From IMG/VR virus record IMGVR_UViG_3300023179_000074, positions 1 to 64,000 of that record: 64,000 nt of DNA; one strand, written 5' to 3'. Origin of the DNA: a virus. The position numbers and the translations under genes were made by a program. Position 1 is the first letter of the stretch. Each line of letters starts with the position of its first letter. Positions 1 to 11,369 of this stretch are shown here, piece by piece. The notes under the pieces were generated by a model. The model was not told the DNA's origin and made no database searches. It was given only the letters and a program-made list of their open reading frames with translations.

Positions 1-242
1 TAAGGTCCCATACTAAACTCAGAATCATTTGTTTTAGTTGATATCGTATAAGAAGAACCGGGTTCAAATGTAGTAAAAGGTTTAGCACCCGGACCGGGTA
101 CATATTGTCTCACGGTTACAAACGTATTTTCATTAGGACGTCGTATAACGCATAAGTTATTAGCGTACGTGGTAAAATCAAAGGGAATAGTCCCATCGTG
201 GGTATATATTCGATATCTACCCTTAATATTGATATCGGCCAT
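1..242 (-). CDS. Virion-associated protein, runs off the left edge (not in ORF track)
   Basis: ATG at 242 preceded by TAAATA-N5; open frame MADINIKGRYRIYTHDG...YVPGPGAKPFTTFEPGSSYTIST to position 1; resembles the N-terminal repeat of the 577..2595 protein. Confidence 0.7.
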   Translation of the reverse strand, partial: MADINIKGRYRIYTHDGTIPFDFTTYANNLCVIRRPNENTFVTVRQYVPGPGAKPFTTFEPGSSYTISTKTNDSEFSMGP

Positions 243-257
243 CCAATTATTTAATGT

Positions 258-572
258 TTAAAACTCAAAACTACATAGAACAACACCATATGAACCCCTA
301 CTAAACTCACCATAAAATATAGAATTGCTATTTTCGGGAATAAAGCCAAATGATTCATTGTTTATTACTCTATTATCTAAGAAATTAACTAAAATTTCAT
401 GATTTCCATTTTTATTTGTTATTATTAATGTTAGTTCTGTTTTATAATTTTCTAAAGAGTCTGTATTAAACAAAAATAAGCTTTTTGAATCACATAAAAT
501 ATCCAAAGAGTTATTGGGTGAATATAAACCGAATGTACCTGTAGGTCCTTGAAGGCTATATTTAAAATTCAT
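258..572 (-). CDS. Stand-alone copy of the small repeated head domain
   Basis: NFKYSL...FLFN...KNGN...R...ESFGF...F aligns with the C-terminal domain of 577..2595. Confidence 0.7.
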   Translation of the reverse strand: MNFKYSLQGPTGTFGLYSPNNSLDILCDSKSLFLFNTDSLENYKTELTLIITNKNGNHEILVNFLDNRVINNESFGFIPENSNSIFYGEFSRGSYGVVLCSFEF

Positions 573-576
573 ATTA

Positions 577-2595
577 TTATGGGTAATTAAACGAAATATA
601 TGATACGCCTAGTGTTTGACCTGCAGCATTAAATGTAGAAGTAAATATGCTTCCTGTTGACGTGAATTTAAATCCAAATGTTTCCCCGTCTGTATATCTT
701 TGCTGTAAGTAATTTATCGCCATCCATATATTTCCGTTTTTATCTTTAATATATAAGAGAGCTGGAGCATTATCTACAGGGATGGGGTTATCTCCGTTAA
801 AGTAAAATACACCTGTATTTCTCGGTGAAGGTTCAGAAGCAATATTAATAGATCCTGCAGGTGAATCAACACCACCGGGGGCATTTGATACATCGCTTAA
901 GCTATATTCAAAATTTACAGGTGTACATGTAGGAGTAGGTGTCTGAGTTCGGGTTGGTGTAATACTAATTGTAGGTGTTTGCGTTAATGTAGGTGTTATT
1001 GTCGGCGTCTGAGTTCGGGTTGGTGTGATACTAATTGTAGGTGTAATCGATATAGTAGGTGTTATTGTCGGCGTCTGAGTTCGGGTTGGTGTAATACTAA
1101 TTGTAGGTGTTAATGTCGGTGTAATACTAATTGTAGGTGTAATCGATATAGTAGGTGTTATTGTCGGCGTCTGAGTTCGGGTTGGTGTAATACTAATTGT
1201 AGGTGTAATCGATATAGTAGGTGTAATCGTAGGTGTCTGTGTTAATGTAGGTGTAATACTAATTGTAGGTGTAATCGATATAGTAGGTGTTATTGTAGGC
1301 GTCTTAGTTCGGGTTGGTGTAATACTAATTGTAGGTGTAATCGATATAGTAGGTGTAATCGTAGGTGTCTGTGTTAATGTAGGTGTAATACTAATTGTAG
1401 GTGTAATCGATATAGTAGGTGTAATCGTAGGTGTCTGTGTTAATGTAGGTGTAATAGTAGCATCAGGAGTTTGAGTTATTGTCGGAGTAATACTAATTGT
1501 GGGTGTGATCGACGTGGTTGGAGTAATACTAATTGTAGGTGTAATTGATATTGTAGGTGTAACAGTAGGTGTTTGTGTTAATGTAGGGGTGATACTAATG
1601 GTAGGTGTAACAGTAGGTGTTTGTGTTAATGTAGGTGTGATACTAATTGTAGGTGTAACAGTAGGTGTTTGTGTTAATGTTGGGGTGATACTAATTGTAG
1701 GTGTAATTGATAAGGTAGGTGATTGTGTGGGGGTTTGAGTTAATGTTGGGGTAATTGAAATGGTAGGGGTATTTGTAGGCGTTTGTGTTAATGTAGGTGT
1801 TATAGTTGCCGTGGGTGTTATGGATATAGTAGGCGTAATAGACGAAGTAGGTGTCTGTGTTATAGTAGGTGTAACGGTGGGAGTTTCCGTAACAGTAGGT
1901 GTTATTGTAGGTGTGGGTGTCGGGGATAAAAATTGTGTGGGCGTAACAGTAGGCGTTTCTGTAACAGTAGGTGTTATAGTAGGTGTAAGCGTTTCAGTTA
2001 CCGTAGGTGTTATGGTGGGCGTTAAAGTTACTGTAGGTGTTGGGGTTTCAGTTGTAGTTGGTGTAAGTGTAAAAGAGGGTGTAGGCGTTATAGATGGCGT
2101 AACTGTAGGAGAAGGCCCTAAAATATAAAACGGTACATTAGCATGCATATAATACCCTGAAAGAGAGGAAAGTGTTTTAAGCGCGTTAAATGTAAACGGT
2201 ATATCCGGTCTAAATCCAATTTGTGTTGTGTTAGACGAATCTAATGTTCCGATAGCAGAGCAAAGCGTAGAAGAATAAAGTGAAATAGATCTGTCTTCAA
2301 AAGGATAGGTTATAAAATTATATGCGTTAAAGATATAGATTCCCTCTTCGGGTATTGAAGATGGTTCATTAAAATATATAGTAATAGGTGAAGAAACTTG
2401 AACATAATAACCTGAATTGGGTAAAAAAAAGTTTATTTGATTAAAATCTGCAGGTATACCGGGTATGTACCCTAGCTGTGCATTTCTATCTTCTGTGTAA
2501 CCTACAGCTCTTACTATATTACCAAAACAAGAAATTGCTGTAAGTACAGTATTACTATATGTAAAAAAATTATATGGACCGGTTAAAGTTTTCAT
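577..2595 (-). CDS. Mucin-like Thr/Pro-rich virion appendage protein (duplicated N-domain, ~400 aa TPTI stalk, C-terminal head domain)
   Basis: Long (T/S)PT(I/V/L)T repeats between globular domains; lies in the baseplate/tail operon; TAATG coupling to the upstream gene. Confidence 0.75.
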   Translation of the reverse strand: MKTLTGPYNFFTYSNTVLTAISCFGNIVRAVGYTEDRNAQLGYIPGIPADFNQINFFLPNSGYYVQVSSPITIYFNEPSSIPEEGIYIFNAYNFITYPFEDRSISLYSSTLCSAIGTLDSSNTTQIGFRPDIPFTFNALKTLSSLSGYYMHANVPFYILGPSPTVTPSITPTPSFTLTPTTTETPTPTVTLTPTITPTVTETLTPTITPTVTETPTVTPTQFLSPTPTPTITPTVTETPTVTPTITQTPTSSITPTISITPTATITPTLTQTPTNTPTISITPTLTQTPTQSPTLSITPTISITPTLTQTPTVTPTISITPTLTQTPTVTPTISITPTLTQTPTVTPTISITPTISITPTTSITPTISITPTITQTPDATITPTLTQTPTITPTISITPTISITPTLTQTPTITPTISITPTISITPTRTKTPTITPTISITPTISITPTLTQTPTITPTISITPTISITPTRTQTPTITPTISITPTISITPTLTPTISITPTRTQTPTITPTISITPTISITPTRTQTPTITPTLTQTPTISITPTRTQTPTPTCTPVNFEYSLSDVSNAPGGVDSPAGSINIASEPSPRNTGVFYFNGDNPIPVDNAPALLYIKDKNGNIWMAINYLQQRYTDGETFGFKFTSTGSIFTSTFNAAGQTLGVSYISFNYP
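920..2120 (-). repeat. Coding VNTR: near-perfect 66-nt and 48-nt tandem units encoding [19 protein letters not shown](L/R)TQ and TPTVTPTISITPTLTQ
   Basis: Unit aggtgtaatactaattgtaggtgtaatcgatatagtaggtgtaatcgtaggtgtctgtgttaatgt recurs around 1180-1446; 48-nt units around 1540-1690. Confidence 0.9.
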
Positions 2596-3131
2596 TAAAA
2601 ATTAACTTCCCCGTCAACAAATAAACCGGAATATTGGATTGGACCTCCAGGTGTAAGACTAAAGCCAAATAATTGACCTATTCTATTACTTGAAAATGTA
2701 ACGAACATTCTCAAAACACCGCTAACCTTAATTAACATTATACTTCCTATTCCGAAAGGGTCATTACCGTTATAATAAAGCGTTTCATTCGCAGAAGATG
2801 TAGTTATAGCAATACCATCCTGAACGACAACGTTAGGATAATTACCAACAATAGACCTTAAAAATATAGGTGAGGGTGTTATAGTAGGAGTAGGTGTTAG
2901 CGTAGGTGTACGTGTAGGTGTAGTAGTAAGAATAGGTGATTTTGTCGGTGTTATAGTAATAGTAGGTGTAATTGTCGGTGTATTAGTAATAGTAGGTGTT
3001 ATAGTAGGTGTTGGTGTAAGCGTCGGTGTTATCGAGGGGGTAGGTGTTATAGTAGGGGTGGGGGACGGTAGAATAGGTATAACTCTATCATTACCTATAT
3101 TCTTATTAATTTTAAATAAAAAGTTTTTCAT
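2595..3131 (-). CDS. Short Thr/Pro-stalk protein with C-terminal head domain
   Basis: ~65 aa PT repeat followed by [15 protein letters not shown]...FGFSLTP domain nearly identical to that of 8103..9662. Confidence 0.75.
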   Translation of the reverse strand: MKNFLFKINKNIGNDRVIPILPSPTPTITPTPSITPTLTPTPTITPTITNTPTITPTITITPTKSPILTTTPTRTPTLTPTPTITPSPIFLRSIVGNYPNVVVQDGIAITTSSANETLYYNGNDPFGIGSIMLIKVSGVLRMFVTFSSNRIGQLFGFSLTPGGPIQYSGLFVDGEVNF

Positions 3132-3132
3132 A

Positions 3133-4743
3133 TTAATTTAATGTTACCGGTATGCCTAACAATGGTGATTTGGTGTTATCTGGTTTTAAAACATTTAATA
3201 ATAGTGATTGAATATCAAAAATTTTATTAAAGGCTCTATTAATTATATTGTTTGAGACAATTTCATTAGCACCTATATAAAATGAAAGATCTTGCTCGAA
3301 ATAAATTGAATTAAGTTCGAAAGGTAAAAGATAACGCGAACCTCTAAAAATAGGATTGCCTCTATTATCCTTTACGGCTAAAAACTTACCTATAATCTGA
3401 TCTCTTAATCTCATATGATTGATTATAATTTTAGATATAGTTTTGTTGAATATCCAATTTTGTAAGTATTCATCTTTGTTAATAACAAGCTCATCGTAAT
3501 TATATACATCAAAATTTCTTACTGCTAAAATATCATATAAATTTAAATTATCGTAAAAAAGACCAAACTTACCTGTATTGCCAAATTTTGTAAATACTAG
3601 ATTTTTATCGCAACCTATAGCTGATGTTGAACCAAATGCTGTAATTATTTCATTAGGCACATCATACTTAAAAAGATATAATAAATATTTTCCAATATTA
3701 TCATTAGGGTCACTAACAAATCTTTTATATATATTTCTATTAGATGCTAAATAAAAAACATTTGTATTGTTTTTTGAAAAGACGATTTTATTAAAAGATT
3801 CGTTTTCTAGCTTAAAAATATTTAAATCAAATTTTTCTTTTGATTGAAAATTATTACTATATCTAAAAATAAAATTATCATTAGTTAAAATATAGGATCT
3901 TCCTGTATAATCAATACCTATATCGATGGGATAAGAAGAAGCTAAATCTACATTTAGTCTATATGTTTGTATCCAATTGAAATTTAAATCATATTCTTTA
4001 ACACATAAATTACCTGAATCAAGAACTTGTAAAATATTATTATAAACAGCTATTCCTCTGGGGGAGTTAAATTCGGATTTCGAAAATGAAGTGCCGAAAT
4101 TACCGATAGAATCGACATATATTAAATTATTTCTCAATACATTATTATCCGTGGAAAAGCCGGATATATCGTATTTTATAATTTGATTTAATTTAGAATC
4201 GACAGCAAATAAATAAGTTTCGTTGGCTGCAAGTGCGGTAAGCGATTTAAAGATAACACCAAACCCAGGGTTAACTTCCGAAGTAGTATACACGTTATCA
4301 AAATACGTACCGCTAAAATCAAAATTATAAGCTCTCAATGCGGTGTTATAGCCTGCAAACGCAGTGAACTGATCTTTATTAATATTTTTGACAAGAACCA
4401 TTACGTTTGTATTATCTACACCTGTATAAGAAGGTTGTGTCGAAAGAGGTACAAATTGACTCGTGCTTGCGCCATAATAAAAAGTAACATTCGTATCATT
4501 ACCTGTAATTCCGGCAATAGCAGTAGAAGAGATAGGTATAAGATTTGACGAAATAAGAGTTTGTTTGTATAGGTAAAGAAAATTATCGTGAAGATATTTA
4601 ATTTTTAAATTTAGAAGACTACTTGAAACTGTATCGTTTGCTTGTATTTTTATTTCCTCAATACTTTTAGGTAATTCGAGTATACTATCTAAATATCTAT
4701 CAAAAACAATATTATTTTGTAATGCCTCTTCTGTTATATTCAT
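3133..4743 (-). CDS. NHL-repeat/beta-propeller structural protein
   Basis: GNFG...[10 protein letters not shown]...VLDSGN NHL signature; structural operon context. Confidence 0.6.
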   Translation of the reverse strand: MNITEEALQNNIVFDRYLDSILELPKSIEEIKIQANDTVSSSLLNLKIKYLHDNFLYLYKQTLISSNLIPISSTAIAGITGNDTNVTFYYGASTSQFVPLSTQPSYTGVDNTNVMVLVKNINKDQFTAFAGYNTALRAYNFDFSGTYFDNVYTTSEVNPGFGVIFKSLTALAANETYLFAVDSKLNQIIKYDISGFSTDNNVLRNNLIYVDSIGNFGTSFSKSEFNSPRGIAVYNNILQVLDSGNLCVKEYDLNFNWIQTYRLNVDLASSYPIDIGIDYTGRSYILTNDNFIFRYSNNFQSKEKFDLNIFKLENESFNKIVFSKNNTNVFYLASNRNIYKRFVSDPNDNIGKYLLYLFKYDVPNEIITAFGSTSAIGCDKNLVFTKFGNTGKFGLFYDNLNLYDILAVRNFDVYNYDELVINKDEYLQNWIFNKTISKIIINHMRLRDQIIGKFLAVKDNRGNPIFRGSRYLLPFELNSIYFEQDLSFYIGANEIVSNNIINRAFNKIFDIQSLLLNVLKPDNTKSPLLGIPVTLN

Positions 4744-7700
4744 TAATTACTCCATTTAATTTTATTTAATTTTGTATATCCAGGTACAGAATTATTAAGA
4801 AGATTTATAATTCTTTTTTCTAATTCTATTTTAAGTTCAGGATCAGTAATACCACTGTTTCTTATTGTTAGATTATATTGTGCTGACTTCGAACCGGGAT
4901 TGCTTATTTTGAAGAATCGTTCTATTTCTTCTACGTAATTTCTCATACCGCACGCGACGTCAAATCTCATATCCCTTATATCCATGCCTTTTCTAGTATG
5001 CATAAAAATATCAAAGTCGTATAGAGGTTTACTGTATAAGTAGAGATTTTTTATTTTTAAATTATCTACTAAAAATGAATTATTTTTAAGATAGGAAAAT
5101 AAAGGAATCGAAAATGTGTAGTTAGATGATCCTATTAAAAAAGGTCTTTGAATTAAATTACTGAATTTATATTTTCTAGGTTTAAATGTGCTAGTGCCTT
5201 TTATTTGCCCATCAACAAAGAGCTCCATAATACCGTTATCCGCATCGAAACGTATAGCAAAATTATGATATCCCACGTCTAACGAAGAAAGACTAAAAAT
5301 AATTTCTGACTCAGCTGTATCATTAGAATTAAAAACATTAATAAGTTTTGCTTTAAGATTAAGATTACTATTGCCATATCTTGATTTTACAAACGATCTT
5401 AAGAAATTTGAATTAGAGAAGTTTGAAGCATTAGAAGTAATGCCAGAATAAAGAGTATTAGATACTAAATTACCATTAACATCGTATTTTTTATATTTTA
5501 TATTCTTATTAGAAGAACCTAGATAAGACGTAATTATAGCGTATTGATTATAATTACCTTCACTAAAATCGGCAGCTATATCTACTTTAAAATTTTTATA
5601 TTCGTTATCTGCTACACCGGATAATATAAAACTTCTATCTAAAGTATATTTTGCAAAATTGTTATTATTGTATAATAACCAAACATTTCCATCAAAATCA
5701 ATTGTAAAGTCGTTTATTACAGTATTAGATCTAAATGCGGTTGTAGTTTGTAGTTGCGTGGTGTCCCATGATAATACGTTTTTTCTATTTTCAGTCAGAA
5801 ATAGTATTTTATCACCTATTCTTTCTGATTTTATTCCATTTGTAAAGTAAAGCTTTTGATTATATATGTTTACTGTTGAGCTAGAATTTAAATTTAAAAA
5901 TCCTATGTTAGGTGCAAATGACTGTGTTAACTGTGATTCAGTAATTACATTAGATTTTAAATTTAACTGAAGGACCCGTTTACTACCTGGCGTATTTTCA
6001 ATTAACGCATATGCATATTCTTCATCATAATCTAAACTAATTAAATTTTTAAGCTTAAATGCACCGGGTGGAGTACTTTTTCTTGTTTCAGCAAATGATA
6101 TATTATATCTTCTAAAGGAATTATCGTTAAAAATTAAATAAAAATCGTTAAGCCCTTGTAATCTTATAATACCTTTAAGCTCTGAATCAAATCTAATATT
6201 ATTAAGGGAATCAAAACTAATATTAGTTACATTTATAGAACTTAAATTGTTTATAAAAAATGTAGGGGTAACAAGATTAGTATTAAAAATACCGAATCCG
6301 TCTCTATCATAATTACCTATGATTTGATATCCAAGAGGCTCATTCCAATCTGTACTGAAAGCATCAAAAATAAGAGTAAATTGTCCTGAATCTTGAATAG
6401 CAGATAAATTACTTGTAATACCATACCTATCGCCTTCAAATGAATATATATTGGCTTGATCAACTGAAGGAAGAACGTTTGAACCATTAGCAAATTTATA
6501 ATATGGTATTTTTTTATCTATTAGTTTTTCAGATATGGATTTAATAAAGTCTTCTGTATCTTTAGGCCCGTAGTGATGGTAGGCGTAATAAGTGCCTTTT
6601 TCAAAAATTAAATCGGAAGGTTTATCGAATACCCCTACCTCACCGAAAATTTCTTGAGCTTTATCAACTAAACAATCAAAAATAGAAATATAACGTACCG
6701 CTTGAAGCTCTCTGGAAGTTAAAGCTTTAAAAAAACTAGTAATTCTTGGATTATAATATCTATCAACCCAAATAGGTTTTACATTTATATCACGATTACC
6801 GGAAAGCCATGCGCATAAAAATTCTCCGGAATTTTCTTCCGAAGTATCGCCAAAATTAGTAGTATACTTGTAATCTGCTTTCTTTTTAAAGATTTTATCG
6901 GCTTTTATCGGGTGGTCACCGGCGATAGCACCCGCTTCTGTTAACCCTGAATCGTTGATATTAAGTCTTAAAAATGGATAGAAATTTTGTGGAATATGAA
7001 AGTAAGTAACTTTATCTTTTTTAAGAAGTATATTAGAAGTATAGCTTTCATAATTTAATGAGATGTTATCATTACCGTATTTTTGATTGCTTCCAGAAAA
7101 AATAGTTTGATAGTCTCTGAACTCTACATTATTTTCGTTAAAAAAAGGATTATTTCTAGATTGAAAATTTTCAGGGGTATTTGTATTTTTTAGAGAAATT
7201 GAATTTAAATTAAGCGATGAACCGGAGACATTAAAAAATTCATTATGAAAAAGTATGTTGGATTGAATTTGTTCATAACTTCGTTCACTATTAATATCTT
7301 GAGAATTCGTTTTAAAGTCTCTTTTATAACTAACCCATGGGTCATATAATAGAGTATTATTAGGTATTGGATTTCTAGAGCGTACTCTAAAAACAGATTG
7401 TACATTATAGGAGACATTAGTACCTGTAATAGGATCAACAAGCGTCAAAGATTCGGTATTAGCGTTAAAAAATACAAACTTAGCAATATCATTAATGTTT
7501 TTTAAAAGTATAATATAATCATATCTTCTATCGTAAACATAATAAAATATTTGCGGGCTATATGCACCAATACCATCTAACCCTGTATCTTTACAAAAAG
7601 ATAAATTACCGGTATAATCAACAGTTAAATATCTTATAATACCTTCATTTTCATGTAATATTTTACAGAACTTATTATCAAGCAATTCAATATCAAAAAG

Positions 7701-8090
7701 ATATTGATTATTGAAAGAGCTATAATCTCCAGATACTTTGAGAACAGCAGTATTAATAGTAACTGGGGGTTCACCTACCATCCAAAACCTGCTCGAAGGA
7801 GTAACAGACCCCACAGCATTAGCAGCAAAAAAAGTAGAGAATCCTTCGTCCTCTAATTTTGATAAGGTATCGATTTTTAAGCTACTTAAAATAAAATCTT
7901 TTTTTGATAAAAATAAACTTGAAAAATTATTAAGCTTATTATCGTTTAATTCTCTAAACGCTTCATTTACCGGTACATTAATACCCTGTTCGGTAAAATT
8001 AATAAATTCATTAAATTTTACCGTTTTATCGTATGTATAAGATGAAGAAAGACCAAAAAACGATGTTGAGGATAATGTATATACATCCAT
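4743..8090 (-). CDS. Large baseplate/tail-associated protein with C-terminal LamG/ConA-like domain
   Basis: 1115 aa; YHNFAIRFD...MELFVDG...FLIG...IKNLYLYSKPL resembles LamG; late promoter upstream. Confidence 0.55.
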   Translation of the reverse strand: MDVYTLSSTSFFGLSSSYTYDKTVKFNEFINFTEQGINVPVNEAFRELNDNKLNNFSSLFLSKKDFILSSLKIDTLSKLEDEGFSTFFAANAVGSVTPSSRFWMVGEPPVTINTAVLKVSGDYSSFNNQYLFDIELLDNKFCKILHENEGIIRYLTVDYTGNLSFCKDTGLDGIGAYSPQIFYYVYDRRYDYIILLKNINDIAKFVFFNANTESLTLVDPITGTNVSYNVQSVFRVRSRNPIPNNTLLYDPWVSYKRDFKTNSQDINSERSYEQIQSNILFHNEFFNVSGSSLNLNSISLKNTNTPENFQSRNNPFFNENNVEFRDYQTIFSGSNQKYGNDNISLNYESYTSNILLKKDKVTYFHIPQNFYPFLRLNINDSGLTEAGAIAGDHPIKADKIFKKKADYKYTTNFGDTSEENSGEFLCAWLSGNRDINVKPIWVDRYYNPRITSFFKALTSRELQAVRYISIFDCLVDKAQEIFGEVGVFDKPSDLIFEKGTYYAYHHYGPKDTEDFIKSISEKLIDKKIPYYKFANGSNVLPSVDQANIYSFEGDRYGITSNLSAIQDSGQFTLIFDAFSTDWNEPLGYQIIGNYDRDGFGIFNTNLVTPTFFINNLSSINVTNISFDSLNNIRFDSELKGIIRLQGLNDFYLIFNDNSFRRYNISFAETRKSTPPGAFKLKNLISLDYDEEYAYALIENTPGSKRVLQLNLKSNVITESQLTQSFAPNIGFLNLNSSSTVNIYNQKLYFTNGIKSERIGDKILFLTENRKNVLSWDTTQLQTTTAFRSNTVINDFTIDFDGNVWLLYNNNNFAKYTLDRSFILSGVADNEYKNFKVDIAADFSEGNYNQYAIITSYLGSSNKNIKYKKYDVNGNLVSNTLYSGITSNASNFSNSNFLRSFVKSRYGNSNLNLKAKLINVFNSNDTAESEIIFSLSSLDVGYHNFAIRFDADNGIMELFVDGQIKGTSTFKPRKYKFSNLIQRPFLIGSSNYTFSIPLFSYLKNNSFLVDNLKIKNLYLYSKPLYDFDIFMHTRKGMDIRDMRFDVACGMRNYVEEIERFFKISNPGSKSAQYNLTIRNSGITDPELKIELEKRIINLLNNSVPGYTKLNKIKWSN

Positions 8091-8102
8091 AAATTTATTT
8101 AA

Positions 8103-9662
8103 TTAAAAATTGACATCTCCATTAGTAAACACACCCGTATATTGGACGGGTCCATTAGGTGTAAGGCTAAACCCAAATGGCTGTCCTATCCTATTACCCC
8201 CAAAAGTAACAAATGCTCTAATTACTGAGCTAACCCTAATTACCATCGAAGCGCCAATACCGAATGGATCGTTTCCATTGTAATAAAGCGTTTCATTAGA
8301 GCTTGTAGTATTCATAGAAATACCGTCTGCTATAACTGTATTAGGATAATCACCTACCAAGGACCTGCTAAACGGATTCAACGTTGGGGTAACAGAAGGG
8401 GTTATTGTTGGTGAGAGAGTAATCGTTATTGAAGGAGTTATCGTTACTGTCGGTGTATTTGTAGGGGTTATAGATATAGTTGGCGTGGGAGATATAGTTG
8501 GGGTGAGTGAAGGTGTAATTGAAGGTGTTTGTGTTATTGTAGGTGTAATACTTTGTGTGATAGATGGTGTTATTGATGTTGTGGGTGTTAAAGAAACTGT
8601 GGGTGTTTGTGTAGGTGTTTCTGTTATTGTAGGGGTATTTGTAGGTGTTAAGGACGGTGTAATCGTTGGCGTATTAGTTAGAGTTGGTGTTATTGTGGGA
8701 GTAGGTGTTTCAGTTATTGTAGATGTTATGGTAATTGTAATGGAAGGTGTAATTGTAGGAGTGATAGTTGGTGTTTGTGTTATCGGTGGAGTATTGGTTA
8801 TGGTTGGTGTAATTGTAGGGGTAGTAGTTGGGGTTTCAGTAATAGTAGGCGTTATAGATATAGTTGGGGTAACAGAAGGCGTTATAGATATAGTCGGAGT
8901 AATAGTTGGTGTTATAGAGGGTGTAGGGGTAGGTAGAGCAATTGCGCTTTTTGGTACAATGAGAGAAGGATCTGCACTTAAAAGTAAGAAGTTAGAAACA
9001 AAATGAGTATTATTTTCTGAAATTTCAAATACTTCTAAACTTTTATCAAAAGCTTCATCTATTTTAGTAATTTGAGCAGAATTAATAAGTCTAAATTCAT
9101 CGTAATCAAAAAGTGTATCAGGTACGATAGATAGAGTAAATTTAAAATAATTAGAAACTACATTTCCATTCAAAACTGTTACTGTTGGGTGATAAGTAGT
9201 AATTTTATTATTTCTTGGGTAATAAGTATGGCTTATATTAGTAGAATTTGGTGTACCGGGATCTAAAGTCGCTACTGTAGGTAAAACGTTTAAAACTAGA
9301 TTTTTTTCTATATTTAAAATATCTTTTTCGTCATCAAAATTATAAACTATTTTAAGAGTGGGAAAATAACTATTATCTATTGAAGAGGGTATAAATGTTA
9401 AGGTTGTTGCACCTTTAAAAGTACCAAGATAAGCACTTAAACTTGTATTATTAATAGGGTAGCCCCAGGGAAAGAATAAGCCGCCGTTTGCAGTTACGGG
9501 GTACACGAAACCACCAACTGTTTGATCGAAAAAGCTTCCATTTGCACAAGCTGGCCAAACTATATTTGTTTCATATACTGGATCTAAAAACAGATAGTGA
9601 TTAATTATATTTGGATAACCTAGTTGTTGATAACTAGATAAAACGTAATTAATTACATTCAC
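8103..9662 (-). CDS. Mucin-like Thr/Pro-stalk virion protein with C-terminal head domain
   Basis: Globular N-half, ~185 aa TPTITPSI stalk (about 8380-8935), head domain shared with 2595..3131; TAAATA-N5-GTG start. Confidence 0.75.
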   Translation of the reverse strand: MNVINYVLSSYQQLGYPNIINHYLFLDPVYETNIVWPACANGSFFDQTVGGFVYPVTANGGLFFPWGYPINNTSLSAYLGTFKGATTLTFIPSSIDNSYFPTLKIVYNFDDEKDILNIEKNLVLNVLPTVATLDPGTPNSTNISHTYYPRNNKITTYHPTVTVLNGNVVSNYFKFTLSIVPDTLFDYDEFRLINSAQITKIDEAFDKSLEVFEISENNTHFVSNFLLLSADPSLIVPKSAIALPTPTPSITPTITPTISITPSVTPTISITPTITETPTTTPTITPTITNTPPITQTPTITPTITPSITITITSTITETPTPTITPTLTNTPTITPSLTPTNTPTITETPTQTPTVSLTPTTSITPSITQSITPTITQTPSITPSLTPTISPTPTISITPTNTPTVTITPSITITLSPTITPSVTPTLNPFSRSLVGDYPNTVIADGISMNTTSSNETLYYNGNDPFGIGASMVIRVSSVIRAFVTFGGNRIGQPFGFSLTPNGPVQYTGVFTNGDVNF

Positions 9663-9701
9663 ATTATTATTTACTAAAACATTAAAAGATTAAAATGAAA
9701 T

Positions 9702-11369
9702 TTAATTTTCTCTTCTTAAAGAACCTTCGTAAAAATCAAACCTATCATGTTGAATAGGAGAGAGTAATAAAACACCTCCCCTCAGTCTATCTGCTTTTGT
9801 TAATTGATACATGTAAGACATCCACGTTTGTTCAAAAGGATGTGCCCACTTTGTTTCAATAAACATTTTTCTATTACCTTCTCTTGATACTATTTGAGGC
9901 CAATTACAATAATAGATATCTCCATCTATATAACTCAATCCATCCATAGAATTTATATTTTTAAACACTGTTTTAGGTGCGTTTGGATCAAATCCTATAG
10001 GTGGTAATTTATTATAATTCGGCCAAAATCTGTCTCGTACATTTTGAGGGACATTATACCAAGCCCATTGTGTAGCATTGCTACCGTAAAATTCTGTAAA
10101 AGAAAATTTAAGAAAATCAAACTGCTCTTTATCCATAATTTTGTTTATTTTATAAAATAAATTTTTACATTTTCTAGAAAATCCATTGATGCAGCTTACT
10201 TCACTACCAACATAGAGATTCATATCATCTTCTAAGAAAATATAATATTTTGAGTCCGTTTGTTCGAAATGCTCGGCTATAAACTGTCTTCCTCCACAGA
10301 TACCTAAGTTATCTTTCTTAATATGTTCAAAATTATATTTTAAGCAAAGTTGTTTATATTCCTCAAGAGTAGAAGAATCTGTACTGTTATCTAGTAAGTA
10401 ATTCTTAGTTTCACGAATAAAACCGGGCTGCTGAAGATAACTTTCTATTAACCTCTCAAACTGTTTAGGAGAATTAAAAGTAATGACGTAAAGATTAATA
10501 CCTGAAAAATTTTTTATTTGAGAAATCGAGGTGCTACTCTTATCAAAGTTTTTTAAATCCTCAAAAAATTTCCATACGAGCCCATCTCCGCCTATCATAT
10601 GCTTTTGAAAATATTCAGGATATAAATAGGTAAGTAAGGTAAAAATACTTTCTTCTGTACCCATATAACCTTCGGAAAGAGTTGAATTAAGCCAACTATA
10701 ATATACCCCATTTATATCGCTTATATAATCTTTATGACCGCCAAAAAACCCCCCTCTACATACATATTCTACATTGTTTGTTTGCGCGAGTTGATTTATT
10801 TTAGACCTATCAAATCCATGTATTTCTCCTCCTGTTTCATAAGGAAAGGTTAAAAATAAAAACTTATCTACATAATCAGTAATTTTATCTAAAACTTTAT
10901 CGTGAGAAAAATAACCAGGGTGCACGGTATTAGTAAGCCCACCATCAATCCAAAAAAAGTAATCTGTATTAAATGGATTTCTTATTTTCTCATCGTGCAA
11001 AAAGAACATCTTAGACATAACCATAGGATTATATAAATCCATAGTAGCTTGAGTGCTTTCCCGTAACCACCCAGCTTGATTTAACCAAACTTCATTTTTT
11101 CTAATAAATGAAACTTGATCATAAAAAGGGAAAGATTTAAATTCTTCTATTTCTTTAATTCTTACTTGAGTATTATATGCTTCTCTATTTTGCCAGACAA
11201 TATCTTGATATCTTTCCTCTATATATATTACTAAATTATAGTCTTTTAATGCTCTTAAAAGTTCGGTAAATTTAATTATGTAATGTGAGAACGGTCTTTT
11301 AAACCCCTCGCCGGCATTATTTCTTCCTAAATCAAAAATACCTGTTACTAAAGTAATATTATTATTCAT
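9702..11369 (-). CDS. Two-domain glycosyltransferase: HtrL/WlaTC(YibB)-like N-domain plus GT-A domain
   Basis: ITLVTGIFDLGR, NPFNTDYFFWIDGG, GGFFGG in N-half; LLDNS, LGICGGRQ, YIFLEDD in C-half. Confidence 0.75.
   Translation of the reverse strand: MNNNITLVTGIFDLGRNNAGEGFKRPFSHYIIKFTELLRALKDYNLVIYIEERYQDIVWQNREAYNTQVRIKEIEEFKSFPFYDQVSFIRKNEVWLNQAGWLRESTQATMDLYNPMVMSKMFFLHDEKIRNPFNTDYFFWIDGGLTNTVHPGYFSHDKVLDKITDYVDKFLFLTFPYETGGEIHGFDRSKINQLAQTNNVEYVCRGGFFGGHKDYISDINGVYYSWLNSTLSEGYMGTEESIFTLLTYLYPEYFQKHMIGGDGLVWKFFEDLKNFDKSSTSISQIKNFSGINLYVITFNSPKQFERLIESYLQQPGFIRETKNYLLDNSTDSSTLEEYKQLCLKYNFEHIKKDNLGICGGRQFIAEHFEQTDSKYYIFLEDDMNLYVGSEVSCINGFSRKCKNLFYKINKIMDKEQFDFLKFSFTEFYGSNATQWAWYNVPQNVRDRFWPNYNKLPPIGFDPNAPKTVFKNINSMDGLSYIDGDIYYCNWPQIVSREGNRKMFIETKWAHPFEQTWMSYMYQLTKADRLRGGVLLLSPIQHDRFDFYEGSLRREN

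Noticed and set aside
920-2120. Possible CRISPR array
   Set aside because: Units are contiguous in-frame coding repeats with no unique spacers and no cas genes
2595-8375. Diversity-generating retroelement (TR/VR pair) from the duplicated C-terminal domains
   Set aside because: Both copies are coding, the differences inspected are not adenine-specific, and no reverse transcriptase is in the window
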